Shown here: piece by piece, positions 19,901 to 21,094 of the stretch
Numbering within the stretch: position 1 is the stretch's first letter
Layout: every line of letters starts with the position of its first letter
NCBI GenBank assembly: GCA_030141605.1
Contig: JAQGDQ010001921.1
Location: 1 to 21,094, forward strand
DNA length: 21,094 nt
DNA from: Tubiluchus corallicola
Taxonomy: Eukaryota; Animalia; Priapulida
Direction: 5' to 3'
Made by a program: the position numbers and the translations under genes
The notes under the pieces: generated by a model
What the model was told of the DNA's origin: nothing
Databases searched by the model: none
The model's input: only the letters and a program-made list of their open reading frames with translations

Positions 19901-20444
19901 TGATTGCCCGCAACACATTTACCCTCGTATATAAGTGAACAGTGTTTGAGGCTTTTCCTGTGCAGTATTTTTTATTTGTATTATGTTCATTGTAGGCCCT
20001 TTCACTAGATATTGTACATGAAACTATTTGTAAATGTGTAATGTGAAATAAATGACTTATGACCAATAGGTCTTTCGCTGTAGAAATAATTATGTCGAAT
20101 TTTAACTGCTATCGAGTAAATAAATTGAATTGAATTGAATTCACATAGTAGAGCAACTCGTGCACAGAACTTGTTCGTGGCCGCGAAGTTTTTGCAACGG
20201 TGCGCTGAACTTCTAGTATTTCGAGAATGCACGGAATTCTGGGATTGCCTAGAAGATTTTAATTGATTAGCGATGTTTTTGCTAAATTGCTTGTTGTTTT
20301 AAATGTAACTCGCTTTGGTGTTTATGAAAATACGTGAGTTTCTGTTTGCAATTCAATCGAGGTTTTGTTTTTGTTGTTGCTAGACAACGAGCGATGAAAA
20401 TTCCAACAAATGTGTTTAAAGCAAAACTGGACGTAATCTTAAAC

Positions 20445-21094
20445 TAAATTTGACCTTTGACATTGCTCTCACAGGATAGGTTTGTTCACTTACATTAGGC
20501 CTTTGAAATTGCTTGGACAAAATAGGTTTGACTGGTTAAATTTGACCTTTGACATTGCTCTCATAAGATAGATTTGTTCACTTACATTAGGTCTTTGATA
20601 TTGCTTGGACAAGATAGGTTTGAATAGTTAAATTTGACCTTTGACATTGCTCTCATAAGATAGATTTGTTCACTTACATTAGATCTTTGATATTGATTGG
20701 ACAAGATAGGTTTGAATAGTTAAATTTGACCTTTGACATTGCTCTCATAAGATAGATTTGTTCACTTACATTAGGTCTTTGATATTGCTTGGACAAGATA
20801 GGTTTGAATAGTTAAATTTGACCTTTGACATTGCTCTCATAAGATAGATTTGTTCACTTACATTAGGTCTTTGATATTGCTTGGACAAGATAGGTTTGAC
20901 TGGTTAAATTTGACCTTTGACATTGCTTTCATAAGATAGGTTTGTTCACTTACATTAGATCTTTGATATTGCTTGGACAAGATAGGTTTGACTGGTTAAA
21001 TTTGACCTTTGACATTGCTCTCACAAGATAGGTTTGTTCACTGATATTAGATCTTTGATATTGCTTGGACAAGATAGGTTTGACTGGTTAAATT
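20445..21094. repeat. 92-bp tandem repeat (dimer of diverged 46-bp halves), ~7 copies; runs off the right edge
   Basis: ttaaatttgacctttgacattgctctcataagatagatttgttcac + ttacattaggtctttgatattgcttggacaagataggtttgaatag; period 92 (20445, 20537 and onward). Confidence 0.97.

Overview
This looks like repeat-dominated, non-coding eukaryotic (probably animal) genomic DNA, not a prokaryotic locus. I see no recognisable protein-coding gene, RNA gene or CRISPR array. More than half of the window (about 12 of 21 kb by hand tally) is tandem repeat. The main arrays have unrelated monomers of 56, 81, 60/40, 145, 127, 114, 67 and 92 bp. There are also small minisatellites, a GA microsatellite and two degenerate (CCCTAA)n telomere-like tracts. 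Three non-autonomous DNA transposons can be delimited by terminal inverted repeats (TIRs) and target-site duplications (TSDs): a hAT-like MITE with a 6-bp TSD (718-1205), a PIF/Harbinger-like MITE with a TTA TSD (4860-5165) and a foldback-like element (5561-7014). The two arms of the foldback-like element are different higher-order expansions of one ~20-bp module. The longest ORFs in the track are by-products of repeats. The most speculative lead is a set of very short + strand exon candidates, plus a CRE/GC-box promoter candidate near 18.7 kb; these need RNA evidence. I cannot claim a new biological system from sequence alone.
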